This document shows positions 51,351 through 62,391 of a stretch of DNA of 64,000 nt, piece after piece. The stretch comes from a virus (lineage: Duplodnaviria > Caudoviricetes), in the IMG/VR virus record IMGVR_UViG_2588253904_000003, positions 12,061-76,060 of that record. One strand, given 5' to 3'. Each line of letters begins with the position of its first letter. Position 1 is the stretch's first letter. The translations under genes were made by a program, and so were the position numbers. The notes under the pieces were generated by a model that was given only the letters and a program-made list of their open reading frames with translations, was not told the origin of the DNA and searched no databases.

Positions 51351-51670
51351 TGTTATGTAACCCAGTATCTTACTACCCGGAAAAAATTGATGAAATGACT
51401 TTTTTTCAGGACAATAACATTGAAAATGCGGAAATCATCCACACCTATAACAATTTAATTTCACAAGGCAGCTACAACACCGCAAATGATTTTATCAGCA
51501 AACAGGATGGTATTTATGGCTTTTTTGCTGATTTTCTTAACCTCATTGAAAACCGTATCTACAATCTTCAGGCTTATCTTCTGCAAAAGCCTCCGAAAAA
51601 GCAGCCCTTTGCTACTTTTGATGAGGAAAAAGAACTTCCTGCTATAGATGTAGATACTATTTGGATTTAA
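51350..51670 (+). CDS. Tail-associated protein
   Basis: 'YPEKID...N.IEN...LQ'; C-terminal 'DTIWI'. Confidence 0.65.
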   Translation: MLCNPVSYYPEKIDEMTFFQDNNIENAEIIHTYNNLISQGSYNTANDFISKQDGIYGFFADFLNLIENRIYNLQAYLLQKPPKKQPFATFDEEKELPAIDVDTIWI

Positions 51671-51740
51671 ATATGATTGTATACAGTCCTTGGAGAGGGA
51701 CGATAAACACTACTACTTTATCATACAAGGAGAATAGAAA

Positions 51741-52370
51741 ATGGCAGTTAATGAAACAATTGTAACTGGTAGAAAATTTAGAAAATGCATTGATGCAGCA
51801 ACCAAAGCATGGCAGAGGATATCCTTCTGGACCAAGTCATCTGACGTAGAATTTGAGGACGGAAAAAATGCAGAGACAAAATTGGGCGCTATTGACGGAA
51901 TTACGGATAGTTTAGAGGATACTTCATCACGTATGGCCGCAAGTGCAAAGGCAGTTAGTACTTTAAATAATAATTTAGGCGGATGCCAGCTTGTGCAGGA
52001 AGGAAATGATTTCTATATCGTAGGTGCTGATTCAGTGCGAAAAAAATTGGGTAGTGCATTATATCATCTTGGTAAAACAAAGGCCAACATACAGACGGGG
52101 AAACCATCTGCTACATCAACGACTTTTAATGTGTCTGCAATAAGCGGATATCAAAATTTTACCATAGATAATTTTATTGCATCAGCAAGTGGATATGGAT
52201 TATGTGTAGCAGGCGCTGGATATTATGCATCTGTTTCAAAGTCCTACAATGCCAGCACTGGTGTACTTACCATAAATACACCTGCGACCTATTTTGCACA
52301 AATTAATGGTTATACAATGTTGTTAGGTATAGATGTCTATTTATGCACTGGTGATATTTTAAAATTATAA
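51741..52370 (+). CDS. Shufflon expression gene: 74-aa constant N-terminus + cassette A (tail-fibre/adhesin-like)
   Basis: aaggag RBS; 'AASAKAV..LNNNL' fibre motif; repeat A1 at codon 75. Confidence 0.85.
   Translation: MAVNETIVTGRKFRKCIDAATKAWQRISFWTKSSDVEFEDGKNAETKLGAIDGITDSLEDTSSRMAASAKAVSTLNNNLGGCQLVQEGNDFYIVGADSVRKKLGSALYHLGKTKANIQTGKPSATSTTFNVSAISGYQNFTIDNFIASASGYGLCVAGAGYYASVSKSYNASTGVLTINTPATYFAQINGYTMLLGIDVYLCTGDILKL
51964..51983 (+). repeat. Shufflon repeat A1 (core TAAATAATAATTTAG)
   Basis: 20-bp perfect inverted match to 52739-52758. Confidence 0.9.
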
Positions 52371-52378
52371 TTCCTGTT

Positions 52379-52759
52379 CTAAAACATACCATCAGGATAT
52401 ATAAGTGTACCGGCACTGCTGTTAATATATTCTGGCCCGGCTTTAGTAGTTATTGTTTGTCCGGATTTTAAATTAAACTGGTATAAAAACGACTGTTGAC
52501 CATTATAAGACTGATATCCAATACGTTTACTACTACCGGTAGTCGTAAAAATTATACCATCATAGGTTCCGGTAGATGCGTATGACCAAAAAAACAAATA
52601 GGCAACTCCGTCTCTTATGGCTTTATATGTACCTAAATTTACAGTTTTATAGGTATAGGTGCTACTAAAAGGGATCACTGTATCAGCACCCGGCTTTCTG
52701 TATCCTGGCTTTCCGTCTGCAGTTTCACCGAAGGAATATCCGCCTAAATTATTATTTAG
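52379..52759 (-). other. Silent shufflon cassette B (126 aa: LNNNLGGYSFGETADGKPGYRKPGADTVIPF...)
   Basis: Open frame begins at inverted repeat A2 (52739-52758), with no start or RBS of its own; tail-to-tail with cassette A. Confidence 0.85.
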
Positions 52760-52780
52760 CCATATATCACTTTTGAAACA

Positions 52781-52818
52781 AAAAGAAGAACAGAAATAAT
52801 CATTCTGTTCTTCTTTTT
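52781..52818. terminator. Bidirectional terminator after the recombinase gene
   Basis: aaaagaagaacagaa / ttctgttcttctttt 15-bp stem. Confidence 0.7.
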
Positions 52819-52835
52819 GTATATTATATACTCAT

Positions 52836-53855
52836 TTACCCAGCATATATATTATGTATATATGATATTTTATCATATGATTTTGCCAAATAATGTTTTT
52901 GAGTAGTTTCAAATGAAGAATGTCCTAAAATGTCTTGAATAATTGTCGGATCTACTCCTTTTTTATTTAAATCACTTGCTAACCATCGTCTAAAACAATG
53001 TACTGTAATATCTGGCAGCCCAATTCTGGTTCCTATCTTTTTTATTATTTGATTTATTGTGTCTTTACTTATTTTTCCATATGGTTTTTTTAATGAACAA
53101 AAAAGGTATGAACTAACATTCTGCCCTCTCTCGAACAAATATTCCTGCAAATGTTTTTTACATCTGATAGAAAATGGAACAATTCTGTCTTTTCCTCCCT
53201 TTCCATGTATAATCATTGTCTTTTTATCCCAATCCACTTCTGATAATAATATATTGCTCACTTCACTTACTCTTAGACCAGTTGAGATAAGCAAATCAAT
53301 TATTGCCAGCTCACGCTTATTGATACATGCATCTCTCATGGACTCTATTTCATAGTCTGTATAAAATCTCTTATATTTTAAGTCTTCTTTAATTCTAGGA
53401 ATTTTCTTCACTGGGTTTTTTGCTATATACTCTTCATCTTCCATAAACTGAAAAAACACATTAAGATTTCTCCGACAATTATTCGCTGTAGTTTTACTAA
53501 CAGATTTCTCATAATATAAAAGATATCTTCGTATGTCATCTGTCGTAATATTAGCCAAATCCTTATTATGATAAAAATCAACCAACGAAGAAATGCTATA
53601 AGTGTACTGTTCTAAAGAACTATCCTTTATTCCTCCCATTTTTTTGCATCCAATAAAATTTTTAATAATAAGAGAATTATTACTTGCATCAACAGAAAGC
53701 ATATTTTCAGAAGATATAAAATCAATGTTAGAAAAAACATTAGTAAGAATGTTAATAGATTGCGTCATTTGAATATTGTCAAAATGCATTTCTTCCCCAA
53801 TCATCCTTACAGCTACCTTAAATAAATAATCTTTGTCAATTTTTTTACCCAACAT
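52836..53855 (-). CDS. Tyrosine recombinase (shufflon invertase)
   Basis: TGLRVSE, GKGGKDR, HCFRR, LGH, Y; aaggagg RBS before ATG 53855; flanked by repeats A2 and A3. Confidence 0.9.
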   Translation of the reverse strand: MLGKKIDKDYLFKVAVRMIGEEMHFDNIQMTQSINILTNVFSNIDFISSENMLSVDASNNSLIIKNFIGCKKMGGIKDSSLEQYTYSISSLVDFYHNKDLANITTDDIRRYLLYYEKSVSKTTANNCRRNLNVFFQFMEDEEYIAKNPVKKIPRIKEDLKYKRFYTDYEIESMRDACINKRELAIIDLLISTGLRVSEVSNILLSEVDWDKKTMIIHGKGGKDRIVPFSIRCKKHLQEYLFERGQNVSSYLFCSLKKPYGKISKDTINQIIKKIGTRIGLPDITVHCFRRWLASDLNKKGVDPTIIQDILGHSSFETTQKHYLAKSYDKISYIHNIYAG

Positions 53856-53974
53856 ATATAATTGCCTCCTTACATAAGTGTGTGTAAAACTTATTATATA
53901 TCGAACATTTGTTCGATTCAAGTTTTTTTCAACATATTTATGACTTTTTATTAATTAATATCTTTGTTAACAAG

Positions 53975-54252
53975 TTAAATAATAATTTAGACGGCAAAGC
54001 AAATGGTGCATTTGTTGTTTTAACTGGTACTACACATACAGTTGCCGGACAACAAACAAGCCAAAATTATCCAAGCGGATTTAATCAAAATAATTGTGCA
54101 ATTGCAGGTGTTATGGTAAAACTTGGGCAAAATTGGTATTTTGGTAATTACAGTTCGGGTTATACTTACATAAATGCTCAAGTTATACTTAGTAGCCAGG
54201 TTGGCATTATACCAGCCTCTGGATGGACAAACTGTCAATATAAAATAGTTTT
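53975..54252 (+). other. Silent shufflon cassette C (LNNNLDGKANG...YKIV); last codons displaced to 62564-62579 by the IME
   Basis: Repeat A3 at 53976-53990 begins the open frame. Confidence 0.8.
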
Positions 54253-54953
54253 TTCTATAAAAAGGTTGATTATCTCAAAAAGCCTTGATTTACGGGCATA
54301 CAAGCAGGATTTCAAGCTAAAAATACTACCAATTTACTACTTTTGAGGGAAAGAGCCTTGATATGTTACCCGGAACCCTGCAAGCCCAAAGACCAGATAT
54401 CTGATAAAAAGCCACAATGAAAAGGCAAAAACAAAACGTAGCGTGTCAAGGGGCAAGCGGAGCGATACGCCGTAGGGCAACCCTTGACACAGCGGACGCA
54501 GGCCAAAGAAGAATGGAAAAAGAGGGAATGAAAAGACGCATTATCTTTCATTCCCTCTTGATTGTGTTTTTTGCTGTTTTCCGTTAATATAACCCCTTGC
54601 TAAATTTATACAGTGGCGGTATAATAAAAAAACGAGATAGATAATAAAAGGCAGGATGTAGGGAACGCCAATTCCCTACACCCCTATGCAGGAGAAGCGA
54701 CCTCCCACACAGCATATTATGCGCCAATTCAAGTATAGCGAATTTTCCACACTATTTCAAGTGGAAAACCAGCGTGTATTTGGATTTGTGGTGCTGTATT
54801 TTCAGCGGTGTAGGAAAGAAAAATCCTGCACCGCTTTCTTATTGTTTATCTCGGCAGATTGGCAGAGGGGCATAAACCTATGCCCTCTCTGCTGAACTGT
54901 TCGGGATTTTTCGCTTGTTGTTTTAAAATTTACAAAAAGAGAGGTAATCATGT

Positions 54954-55982
54954 ATGAAAAAAACTGTTTTAATGAAAGTGTTAGCCGGAGTTTTGTCTGT
55001 CGGCATAACAGCGGCTGGTGCGGTAGGTCTGAATATGTCTTCTACGGCTGACGTTTCCGCAGACAATGAGCCTGTTGCAGAGGCATCTGCTGACACAGAG
55101 ACCGAAGATTCTGTGCCGGTGGATGACGACAAACAAGGCGAAAGGGCAGAGAAAGAGAACACGCCTGATGTCCAGTCTGATGAAGATAAGCAGCTTCTTC
55201 TGGCATCCGCAGACACGGAAGACGGCAAGCAGACAGAGGTTCCTGTACAGTCCGTTAAGGTATCCGACAGCAAAAAAAACGCTACAGCTGCTAACTCCGT
55301 GGTACAGTCAACCACAAAGCCCGACAGCACTGCTGTGGCGGGCAATAACATAACGGCTTCTGAAAAGACACAGACTGCAAACACTGATACGACAGCAGTT
55401 GAGAAAGAAGCCGCTGGAAATACAGCCGCTGAGAAAGAAGGGGCTGAAAAGGCAGAGGCTGAAAGACTTGCAGCAGAGCAGGCAAAGAAAGAAGCTGCAG
55501 AGAAAGAGGCAGCTGAAAAGGCAGCAGCTGAGAAAGCAGCCGCTGAAAAGGCAGAGGCTGAGAGACTTGCAGCTGAAAAAGCAGCAGCTGAGAAAGCAGC
55601 CGCTGAAAAGGCAGCCGCTGAAAAGGCAGCAGCAGAGAAAGCAGCAGCAGAGAAAGCAGCAGCAGAGCAGGCAGCAAGAGAAGAAGCAGCAAGACTTGAG
55701 GCTGAAAGACTTGCAGCTGAACAGGCAGAGGCTGAAAGACTTGCAGCTGAAAAGGCTGAGGCTGAAAGACTTGAGGCTGAGCAGGCAGCACAAAAGGATA
55801 AAGACAGTATCGTGGTTCAGGGTGGAGAAGATACGCTTGTACTGGGTGGCGAGCAGCAGAAAGTGGCTCACTATCACTGCAACTGCGGTCATTCCACAAC
55901 CGATTATGATGCATTGAAACAGCATATGAAACAGCATGCTCTTAACGGTGACAGAAACAGCTACTGCACAACCTACGAATAA
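54954..55982 (+). CDS. Secreted protein with (AEKAA)n helix and C-terminal Cys/His motif
   Basis: Signal peptide; 15-bp tandem repeats ~55420-55790; 'HCNCGH...HMKQH'. Confidence 0.8.
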   Translation: MKKTVLMKVLAGVLSVGITAAGAVGLNMSSTADVSADNEPVAEASADTETEDSVPVDDDKQGERAEKENTPDVQSDEDKQLLLASADTEDGKQTEVPVQSVKVSDSKKNATAANSVVQSTTKPDSTAVAGNNITASEKTQTANTDTTAVEKEAAGNTAAEKEGAEKAEAERLAAEQAKKEAAEKEAAEKAAAEKAAAEKAEAERLAAEKAAAEKAAAEKAAAEKAAAEKAAAEKAAAEQAAREEAARLEAERLAAEQAEAERLAAEKAEAERLEAEQAAQKDKDSIVVQGGEDTLVLGGEQQKVAHYHCNCGHSTTDYDALKQHMKQHALNGDRNSYCTTYE

Positions 55983-56148
55983 ATACCATAAGAGTGACAG
56001 CAGAAACATCCTGTTCCTGCTGTTGCTTTTTTGGGGAATTTTCTTTTTCCGGCCCACATACGCGGGCCAGTCTTCCCGGGGACAATCCCCCGTCCCTTCT
56101 AAAACATATGTATACAGAAAAATAAATTTTCTACAAAGGAGACAAGAT

Positions 56149-56790
56149 ATGAACAAAAAAGAAATTTTAGACTGTTTATCTGAAAAGAAAAGACTAACGG
56201 CGCCTGTTGCCACAGCAGAAAATAACGTGAGAGCCGCCGAGAGCAATTATGAAAAAGCACGTAAAAAATGGAAATGGGGGATAGTTATATCAATAGTCTT
56301 TTTGATTCTTTATATTCTGTTTTTTCTGTCAGGTGACAGGGGGCTATTTTCCTTTGACGAACACCATGTTTTGCAGGCCGGTGGTCTTGGCGGGATTATT
56401 CTTTTTGGGGGAATTTTATTTCTTTTACTATATGTAAAAAGCCTGCTTTATACAAATCCGGCAGAAAAGAAGCTGGTAGAAGCACAGAATATTCTCAGAC
56501 AGGAAAAAAGTAAGCCGGATTATATAAACGGTTCAAAAAATTTCCCTGCGAAATTTTACAACTATTCTGACCTTTTTCGCCTGTGGAATATTATTAATGA
56601 AGGAAGAGCCGAAAGTTTAAAAGAAGCGTATAACCTGTTAGAAACGCAACAGTTCCAGCAAGACCAGATGGCAATTCAGGAAGATATCAGACGCTTGCAG
56701 CAGGAAACAGCAACTACATCAAAGATAAATGCCGCCGCTTCTGTAGTAACGGCATATAACACCGCCAAAACAGCAAGAAGATTAAGATGA
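56149..56790 (+). CDS. Two-TM membrane protein
   Basis: aaggag RBS; two hydrophobic helices; 'GRAESLKEA.NL'. Confidence 0.75.
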   Translation: MNKKEILDCLSEKKRLTAPVATAENNVRAAESNYEKARKKWKWGIVISIVFLILYILFFLSGDRGLFSFDEHHVLQAGGLGGIILFGGILFLLLYVKSLLYTNPAEKKLVEAQNILRQEKSKPDYINGSKNFPAKFYNYSDLFRLWNIINEGRAESLKEAYNLLETQQFQQDQMAIQEDIRRLQQETATTSKINAAASVVTAYNTAKTARRLR

Positions 56791-57257
56791 TAAGCTGAAA
56801 GCGGTAAAAGGTTTATTCAATTTTTTATTTCTTCTTACTATAAAAGAGAGGGGTTTTTCACAATCCACTCTCTTTTACATTTCCTTTATCAATCCACTAT
56901 ATTTCAACCTTAATCATTTTTATATTATATGAATGACTCAGACATACGTCTGAGTCACCACGGGGATATCCCCGTTCCCCTTTTTTCTTTTGATAAAAAA
57001 TTACTTCTCAATTTTCCTCTGTCTACCTTCCCATCTTCTTAACCTCTATCTAATGTAATGTTAACATTTTAGGGAAAGTTGTCAAGCGATTTGTCCAAAA
57101 TTTAATAAAAATTTAATAAATTCCATCTTGAAATGATGGTTTCGGTAGTAATGAACACTACCGCCCCGCAGTTGCAAATGCGGAAAACGTCACTGACAAA
57201 TCAGGGTACCCGCCTATAAGAGAAAGTATTATGATGCGCATCATATAGAGTATCTAT

Positions 57258-57656
57258 ATGATTAAAGAACGATTAAGACAACAGATGTTTTTACACCGTG
57301 AAAAACTGGGCCTAAAACAGCGTGAAGTTGCCGAGTTACTTGGCAAGTCTGAAAAGACTTATCAACGGCTGGAATCCACTGGCCGTGGCCTGTCTGATAT
57401 TTTTGACATCCTCGAAATCTTTCAGGTATTGCATTTTTCCACTACAGAAATTGTTAACGTTCTGGGGTTCCCGCCGCTCACATTAAGTGAAGTGACGGAA
57501 CTTTATCAGGACGAAGAAATCCTGAAAAGCATACGAGAAAACGCTATATGCTCCACTATCCGTCAGACGTGTGGAAAAATGGAAACAAGTACAATAGAAC
57601 GTCTGATTTTTACCCTGATGAAAGAACAATGCCAAAGGAAAGGGAACTCTGCCTGA
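57258..57656 (+). CDS. XRE-family HTH regulator
   Basis: 'REKLGLKQREVAELLGKSEKTYQRLE'. Confidence 0.85.
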   Translation: MIKERLRQQMFLHREKLGLKQREVAELLGKSEKTYQRLESTGRGLSDIFDILEIFQVLHFSTTEIVNVLGFPPLTLSEVTELYQDEEILKSIRENAICSTIRQTCGKMETSTIERLIFTLMKEQCQRKGNSA

Positions 57657-57783
57657 GTTTCCCTTCCTCCATGCGGGGTTCAGGCGATAAATGCCTTATA
57701 CTGCGAAGTGGGAAAAAAAGCGGGGTATGCTACCATATCAATGTAACCTAAAACAAATTCAATTTAGAAGGGAGACAAAAGAA

Positions 57784-58137
57784 ATGGCATTAAAGAAATT
57801 AAACCAGTTTTTAAGATTTGACTACGAGGAATTTTCCAAAGACAAGGTGCTTCAGGTCACTGGCATAAGTGAATGGACGGATTTCAACACCAAAGCCCAC
57901 ATGGGAATCAAACTTGAAACGACTATTGTCAAGGACAACACCCTGTATAAGCAGAAAGACGGGGAAAACGTCACGAACCGTTATGAGAAGCTGACCATAA
58001 AGGTGCGTAAGGACGTAAACATCCCGATGAATGCCTTTGTGGTGCCTGTCAATGCGGCCGCTACCGTGTACGGGGATTACCGCAACCAGCTGTCAATAAC
58101 TGCTGACGATGTCCGGGTACTTACACCGAACAAGTAA
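57784..58137 (+). CDS. IME mobilisation accessory protein (OB-fold-like)
   Basis: RBS; directly before the FtsK gene. Confidence 0.6.
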   Translation: MALKKLNQFLRFDYEEFSKDKVLQVTGISEWTDFNTKAHMGIKLETTIVKDNTLYKQKDGENVTNRYEKLTIKVRKDVNIPMNAFVVPVNAAATVYGDYRNQLSITADDVRVLTPNK

Positions 58138-58156
58138 GTGAAGGGAGTGAACCATT

Positions 58157-59515
58157 ATGAACCATTATAAGAAGGGAGTCAGGTATTTTTCCCCCGCCGC
58201 TTGGATTCTTGCGGCGGGGGGATTTCTCCTCTTTTACTCAGCCTTTTTAGGACTGATGAAATATCTGAACCATTCGGACGTGTTCAGCCTGAACCTCTAT
58301 CTCGTGAAAGCCTCTGCCATATCCATGGCAATGGCGGCTGCCCTGCTCACGCTGTCGCTTGCCCTGCATATTAAGGGCGGTGCCGAAAAGCAGATAGAAC
58401 ACCGTGTAAAAAAGAGGCTGTATGACCCAGTGTATGGGAACCCGCTCAGCTTCCGGGAAAGGGAACTGCTCCCGCCCGTCAGGTGCCGGAGGCTCAACAG
58501 CACAACATTTGAAATCTCTGTCAGGGCTGTTTCATGCACAGTAGAAAATTTACTGAACATTGCGCCGGTCATATCGTCTTCCCTGAACGGGAAATACGGG
58601 AAGTATGCGGTTGTCAGCTGTGAAGCGGACGAAGCCTTTAACCGGGTGGCTTACCGGATTGAAGACGTGCTGGCCGACAGGAGCCTGACGGTGAATTCCG
58701 TGGAAGGGCTGAAATCGCCGGACAAAACGAAAATCCCGATTGACATGGAAACCTTTATCGACCTGAAAACCTCCGGCAGTATCCTGGTCGCCGGGAAGAC
58801 AAGGAGCGGGAAGACCACGGGCACCATTACAATCCTGCTTCCGCTCTTACTGTGCGGACGTGATAAGTATGATTCCAATATCTTCATCATTGACCCGAAA
58901 TTGGCGGAACTGTCAATGCTCCCCCATGTTGTGGCCGTAAATCCCAACGGGGATGTCGAACCAGTCATAGCGTTGATGGAAGAATTTGAATCTACGAGAA
59001 AGACCCGGCAGGCAGTATTGAACCGACGTTCACAGGAGACCGGTAATGCCGTGAAATGGTGGGATGCCGGGATGCACCCCAGCATCCTGTTCATTGATGA
59101 ATATGTGGCATTAAAAAGCCTTTTCCCAAAGTCTGCCAGAGGGAACGGGGGATTCAATATATCTGATTTTGAAAGTTTACTGAAACGCATTATAACCATG
59201 GGGGCGTCTGCCGGGTGCTTTGTCATCATCTCCATTGCGGAAGCGTCAGTGGAGGAAGGCGGCCTGCCGTCCATGTTAAAGTCAGCAATGACAACCAAAA
59301 TCCTGTTCAAGCCTACGGTGGAGGAAGCCCGGCTTATCTGGAACAGTGAACGGCTAAGGACCTTTAATGCGGGGCGTGCATATAGAGCCGGAGATTGCCT
59401 GTTTTCCTCCACGGACGGCATACACGACACGCCAGGGTATCTGCATTTCCCGAACATGGAGTTTGAAGTTTATGCGGAACTGGGAAGGCTTCTGGAGGAA
59501 TACTACGCTTCGTAA
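58157..59515 (+). CDS. FtsK/SpoIIIE (TcpA-like) coupling protein
   Basis: Two N-terminal TMs, GKTRSGKT, IIDPK, FIDEY. Confidence 0.85.
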   Translation: MNHYKKGVRYFSPAAWILAAGGFLLFYSAFLGLMKYLNHSDVFSLNLYLVKASAISMAMAAALLTLSLALHIKGGAEKQIEHRVKKRLYDPVYGNPLSFRERELLPPVRCRRLNSTTFEISVRAVSCTVENLLNIAPVISSSLNGKYGKYAVVSCEADEAFNRVAYRIEDVLADRSLTVNSVEGLKSPDKTKIPIDMETFIDLKTSGSILVAGKTRSGKTTGTITILLPLLLCGRDKYDSNIFIIDPKLAELSMLPHVVAVNPNGDVEPVIALMEEFESTRKTRQAVLNRRSQETGNAVKWWDAGMHPSILFIDEYVALKSLFPKSARGNGGFNISDFESLLKRIITMGASAGCFVIISIAEASVEEGGLPSMLKSAMTTKILFKPTVEEARLIWNSERLRTFNAGRAYRAGDCLFSSTDGIHDTPGYLHFPNMEFEVYAELGRLLEEYYAS

Positions 59516-59526
59516 GAATGAAGATT

Positions 59527-59621
59527 CACCACGATTCCGGCCTGCCGGAATCGTGGTGTCAGTGTCAGTTTCTAAAAAAACTGTTGTTTTCTGGCGGTGG
59601 GCTTGTTATACCGCCAGAAAA
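59527..59621. promoter_or_regulatory. Putative dso/oriT hairpins of the IME
   Basis: 15-bp perfect stem 59527-59558 and 12-bp stem 59587-59621, with GTGTCAG repeats, directly upstream of rep. Confidence 0.6.
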
Positions 59622-59687
59622 CCAAAGTGTCAGAGTGTCAGGAACGTTCGGAAACACAGGAAAATCAGGGGAAGGAGTGACACCGGA

Positions 59688-60917
59688 ATGTCAGACAAAG
59701 AAAACTGCCGTGTCAGGTCTAAAAACATGATGTACACACAGCAGATAAGGCACCTGCCAGTCGGAAGCACAGACCAGCTAGTCAGCCGGGTGAAAAAGAT
59801 GGCACCGAAGAGATATGCACTGATTGTGCATGACAGTGATGTCAATGAACAGGGGGAACCCGCAGAAGACCATGTACACGTGATGCTGTCCTTTGAGAAT
59901 GCCCGCTCCATTAACAGCATTGCAAAGGAACTGGGAGACGAGCCGCAGTCCATTGAAATGTGGAAAGGAAAAGCGGAAAACGGCTATTCTTACCTTATCC
60001 ACGCCACAAAAGATTCTGGAAACAAATACCAGTACCCCCCGTCAAGAGTCATAGCGAATTTCAATTATCAGGAAGAGATAAAGAGAATCACGGAAGAGGT
60101 TGAGCGAAGCAGGCAGACGGCAAACAGTAAAATCCTGCTGGATTCCCTCTATAAAGGGGAAATCTCGAAAGAGGAACTGGAAAAACGGTTAAGCGGCAGC
60201 CAGTACGGGAGAATGAGACGCCAGATTGAGGATGTGTGGTGCAAGCACCTGCAATTTCAGGCGGCTAAATGGCGGGAAGAAATGAAAAAGAGTGGGAAAC
60301 GGATAAAAGTCATATGGATTAGCGGAGAAGCGGGAACAGGAAAAACAAGTTTAGCCAAAGAATACGCCGAAAAGTCAGGCCGCCCCTACTTCATCACGGG
60401 AAGCAGCCGGGATATTTTCCAGAATTACTCCGGCGAGCATACCATAATCCTTGACGAGTTTCGGGCTGACATGATGAAATACCCGGATTTGCTGCGCATA
60501 CTTGACCCTTTCGGTAGTCAGGTCATGGCACCGTCCAGATACAATGACAAGCCTCTGGCCTGTGACCTGATTCTCATTACATCACCATATAATCCGGTAG
60601 AATTTTACCGGCAGCTGTTTAGCCGGGCTCCCGCAAATTTTGTTGACAGTCTGGAACAGTTATTGAGAAGAATTTCACTGACCATTGAAATGGACGCATC
60701 CCATATCAGGGCGGTTGAATATGACAAAGAGGCAGAGGCTTACCGGGCTGTGGATAACGCCGAAAAGGAAAACAGATATTCCAGACATTACCGGGAACAG
60801 GACAGCACCGCCAGCAACCCCAAAGAACTGTTTGAATCCATGTTCCGTGAGGCTCCATGCGTGGAACCCGGCAGTCTTGCTTCTGTAGGGAAGGAGGGAG
60901 ATAATGAACAGGACTGA
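59688..60917 (+). CDS. HUH Rep/relaxase (Rep_2-like) fused to SF3 helicase
   Basis: [23 protein letters not shown]. Confidence 0.85.
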   Translation: MSDKENCRVRSKNMMYTQQIRHLPVGSTDQLVSRVKKMAPKRYALIVHDSDVNEQGEPAEDHVHVMLSFENARSINSIAKELGDEPQSIEMWKGKAENGYSYLIHATKDSGNKYQYPPSRVIANFNYQEEIKRITEEVERSRQTANSKILLDSLYKGEISKEELEKRLSGSQYGRMRRQIEDVWCKHLQFQAAKWREEMKKSGKRIKVIWISGEAGTGKTSLAKEYAEKSGRPYFITGSSRDIFQNYSGEHTIILDEFRADMMKYPDLLRILDPFGSQVMAPSRYNDKPLACDLILITSPYNPVEFYRQLFSRAPANFVDSLEQLLRRISLTIEMDASHIRAVEYDKEAEAYRAVDNAEKENRYSRHYREQDSTASNPKELFESMFREAPCVEPGSLASVGKEGDNEQD

Positions 60918-61107
60918 TGTTCCCATCTGGGAAAAGTACACGCTTACCATTGAGGAAGCGTCCAAGTATTTCCGTATCGGGGAAAACAAGCTGCGCAAAC
61001 TTGCAGGGGAAAACCCCACGGCAGACTGGATATTCTTAAACGGCAACCGCATCCAGATTAAGCGGAAACAGTTTGAAAAAATCATTGACACACTGGACGC
61101 AATTTAG
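60904..61107 (+). CDS. xis: Tn916-type excisionase
   Basis: '[26 protein letters not shown]'. Confidence 0.92.
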   Translation: MNRTDVPIWEKYTLTIEEASKYFRIGENKLRKLAGENPTADWIFLNGNRIQIKRKQFEKIIDTLDAI

Positions 61108-61194
61108 CCAAAAACAGTGAAAAAGAGCCCTGAATGTGCTATAATAGATATAAGCATATCAGGGCTCTTTCCGACACGGAAAGGAGCAGAAACA

Positions 61195-62391
61195 ATGTCG
61201 GAAAAAAGACGTGATAATCAAAACCGCATTTTGCGTTCAGGAGAGAGCCAGAGAAAAGACGGGAGATATGCTTACAAATATACCGATATTTTGGGCAAAG
61301 TGAGATTTGTCTATGCATGGAAGCTGGTACCCACGGACAAAACCCCGGCCGGGAAGCGAGACGGCATATCCCTCCGGGAAAAGGAAAAAGAGATACGGAA
61401 AGACTTTGAAGACGGGATAGACACAGTTGGAAAGAAAATGACCGTCTGCGACCTTTACGCAAAGCAGATACGGCACCACGGGAACGTAAGGCATAACACC
61501 ACAAAGGGGCGTGAACGGCTGATGAAGCTGCTGGAAGCGGATAAGCTCGGTTCCTGCCCTATTGACAGCGTGAAGCCGTCTGATGCGAAAGAATGGGCGC
61601 TGCGCATGAAAGAAAAGGGGATGTCCTACAAGACCATAAGCAATGACAAGCGTTCCTTAAAAGCTGCGTTCTATACGGCGATACAGGACGACTGCATCAG
61701 GAAGAACCCCTTTGACTTCCAGCTAAACACCGTGATTAAGGATGACACGGAGCCGAAAGTACCCCTCACAGCAAAGCAGGAAGAAAGCCTTTTATCCTTT
61801 ATGCAAAGTGACAGCGTCTACCGGAAATACCGTGACGAGGTTATCATACTGCTGGGAACGGGGCTTCGGGTTTCCGAACTCTGCGGGCTGACCGAAACCG
61901 ACCTTGACTTTGAAGAACGGGTAATCCATGTAGACCATCAGCTTTTACGGAGTGCAGAGACCGGGTACTACATAGAGAAGCCAAAAACACAGAGCGGCAT
62001 CAGGCAGATTCCAATGAGTAAAAAAGTATATGAAGCGTTGGGGCGTGTGTTGAAGAACCGCAGGGGAGCGAAAACGGCCACGGTTGACGGTTACAGCAAT
62101 TTCCTTTTCCTTAACCGGAACGGTTTCCCGAAAACGGCGGCCAGCTATGACAGTATGTTCCGGGGGCTTGCGGAGAAGTACAACAAAAGCCATGAGGAAG
62201 CGTTACCCAGAGTAATGACCCCGCACACCTTACGCCATACGTTCTGTACCAACTTGGCCAATGCAGGCATGAACCCCAAAGCGTTACAGTATATCATGGG
62301 GCATTCCAACATCACTATGACACTGAACTATTACGCACACGCAACATTCGCTTCCGCAAGGGCTGAAATGGAAAGGCTGATTGCAGTATAG
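61195..62391 (+). CDS. int: Tn916-type tyrosine integrase
   Basis: 'MSEKRRD...GESQRKDGRY', TGLRVSE, HTLRHTF, MGH. Confidence 0.93.
   Translation: MSEKRRDNQNRILRSGESQRKDGRYAYKYTDILGKVRFVYAWKLVPTDKTPAGKRDGISLREKEKEIRKDFEDGIDTVGKKMTVCDLYAKQIRHHGNVRHNTTKGRERLMKLLEADKLGSCPIDSVKPSDAKEWALRMKEKGMSYKTISNDKRSLKAAFYTAIQDDCIRKNPFDFQLNTVIKDDTEPKVPLTAKQEESLLSFMQSDSVYRKYRDEVIILLGTGLRVSELCGLTETDLDFEERVIHVDHQLLRSAETGYYIEKPKTQSGIRQIPMSKKVYEALGRVLKNRRGAKTATVDGYSNFLFLNRNGFPKTAASYDSMFRGLAEKYNKSHEEALPRVMTPHTLRHTFCTNLANAGMNPKALQYIMGHSNITMTLNYYAHATFASARAEMERLIAV

Noticed and set aside
53909-54346. 145-aa standalone gene
   Set aside because: The TTG start has no RBS and lies in the recombinase upstream region. The ORF is cassette C plus read-through into the IME end.
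55291-56246. Cys-rich and Gln/Leu-rich ORFs, and a possible CRISPR-like array
   Set aside because: These are alternate-frame shadows of the AEKAA coding repeats. There are no unique spacers and no cas genes.
54600-57250. Hairpin-rich IME intergenic regions (54650-54900, 56930-56980, 57140-57220) as riboswitches or ncRNAs
   Set aside because: Stems are present but I recognise no family motif; an Rfam/Infernal search would be needed.
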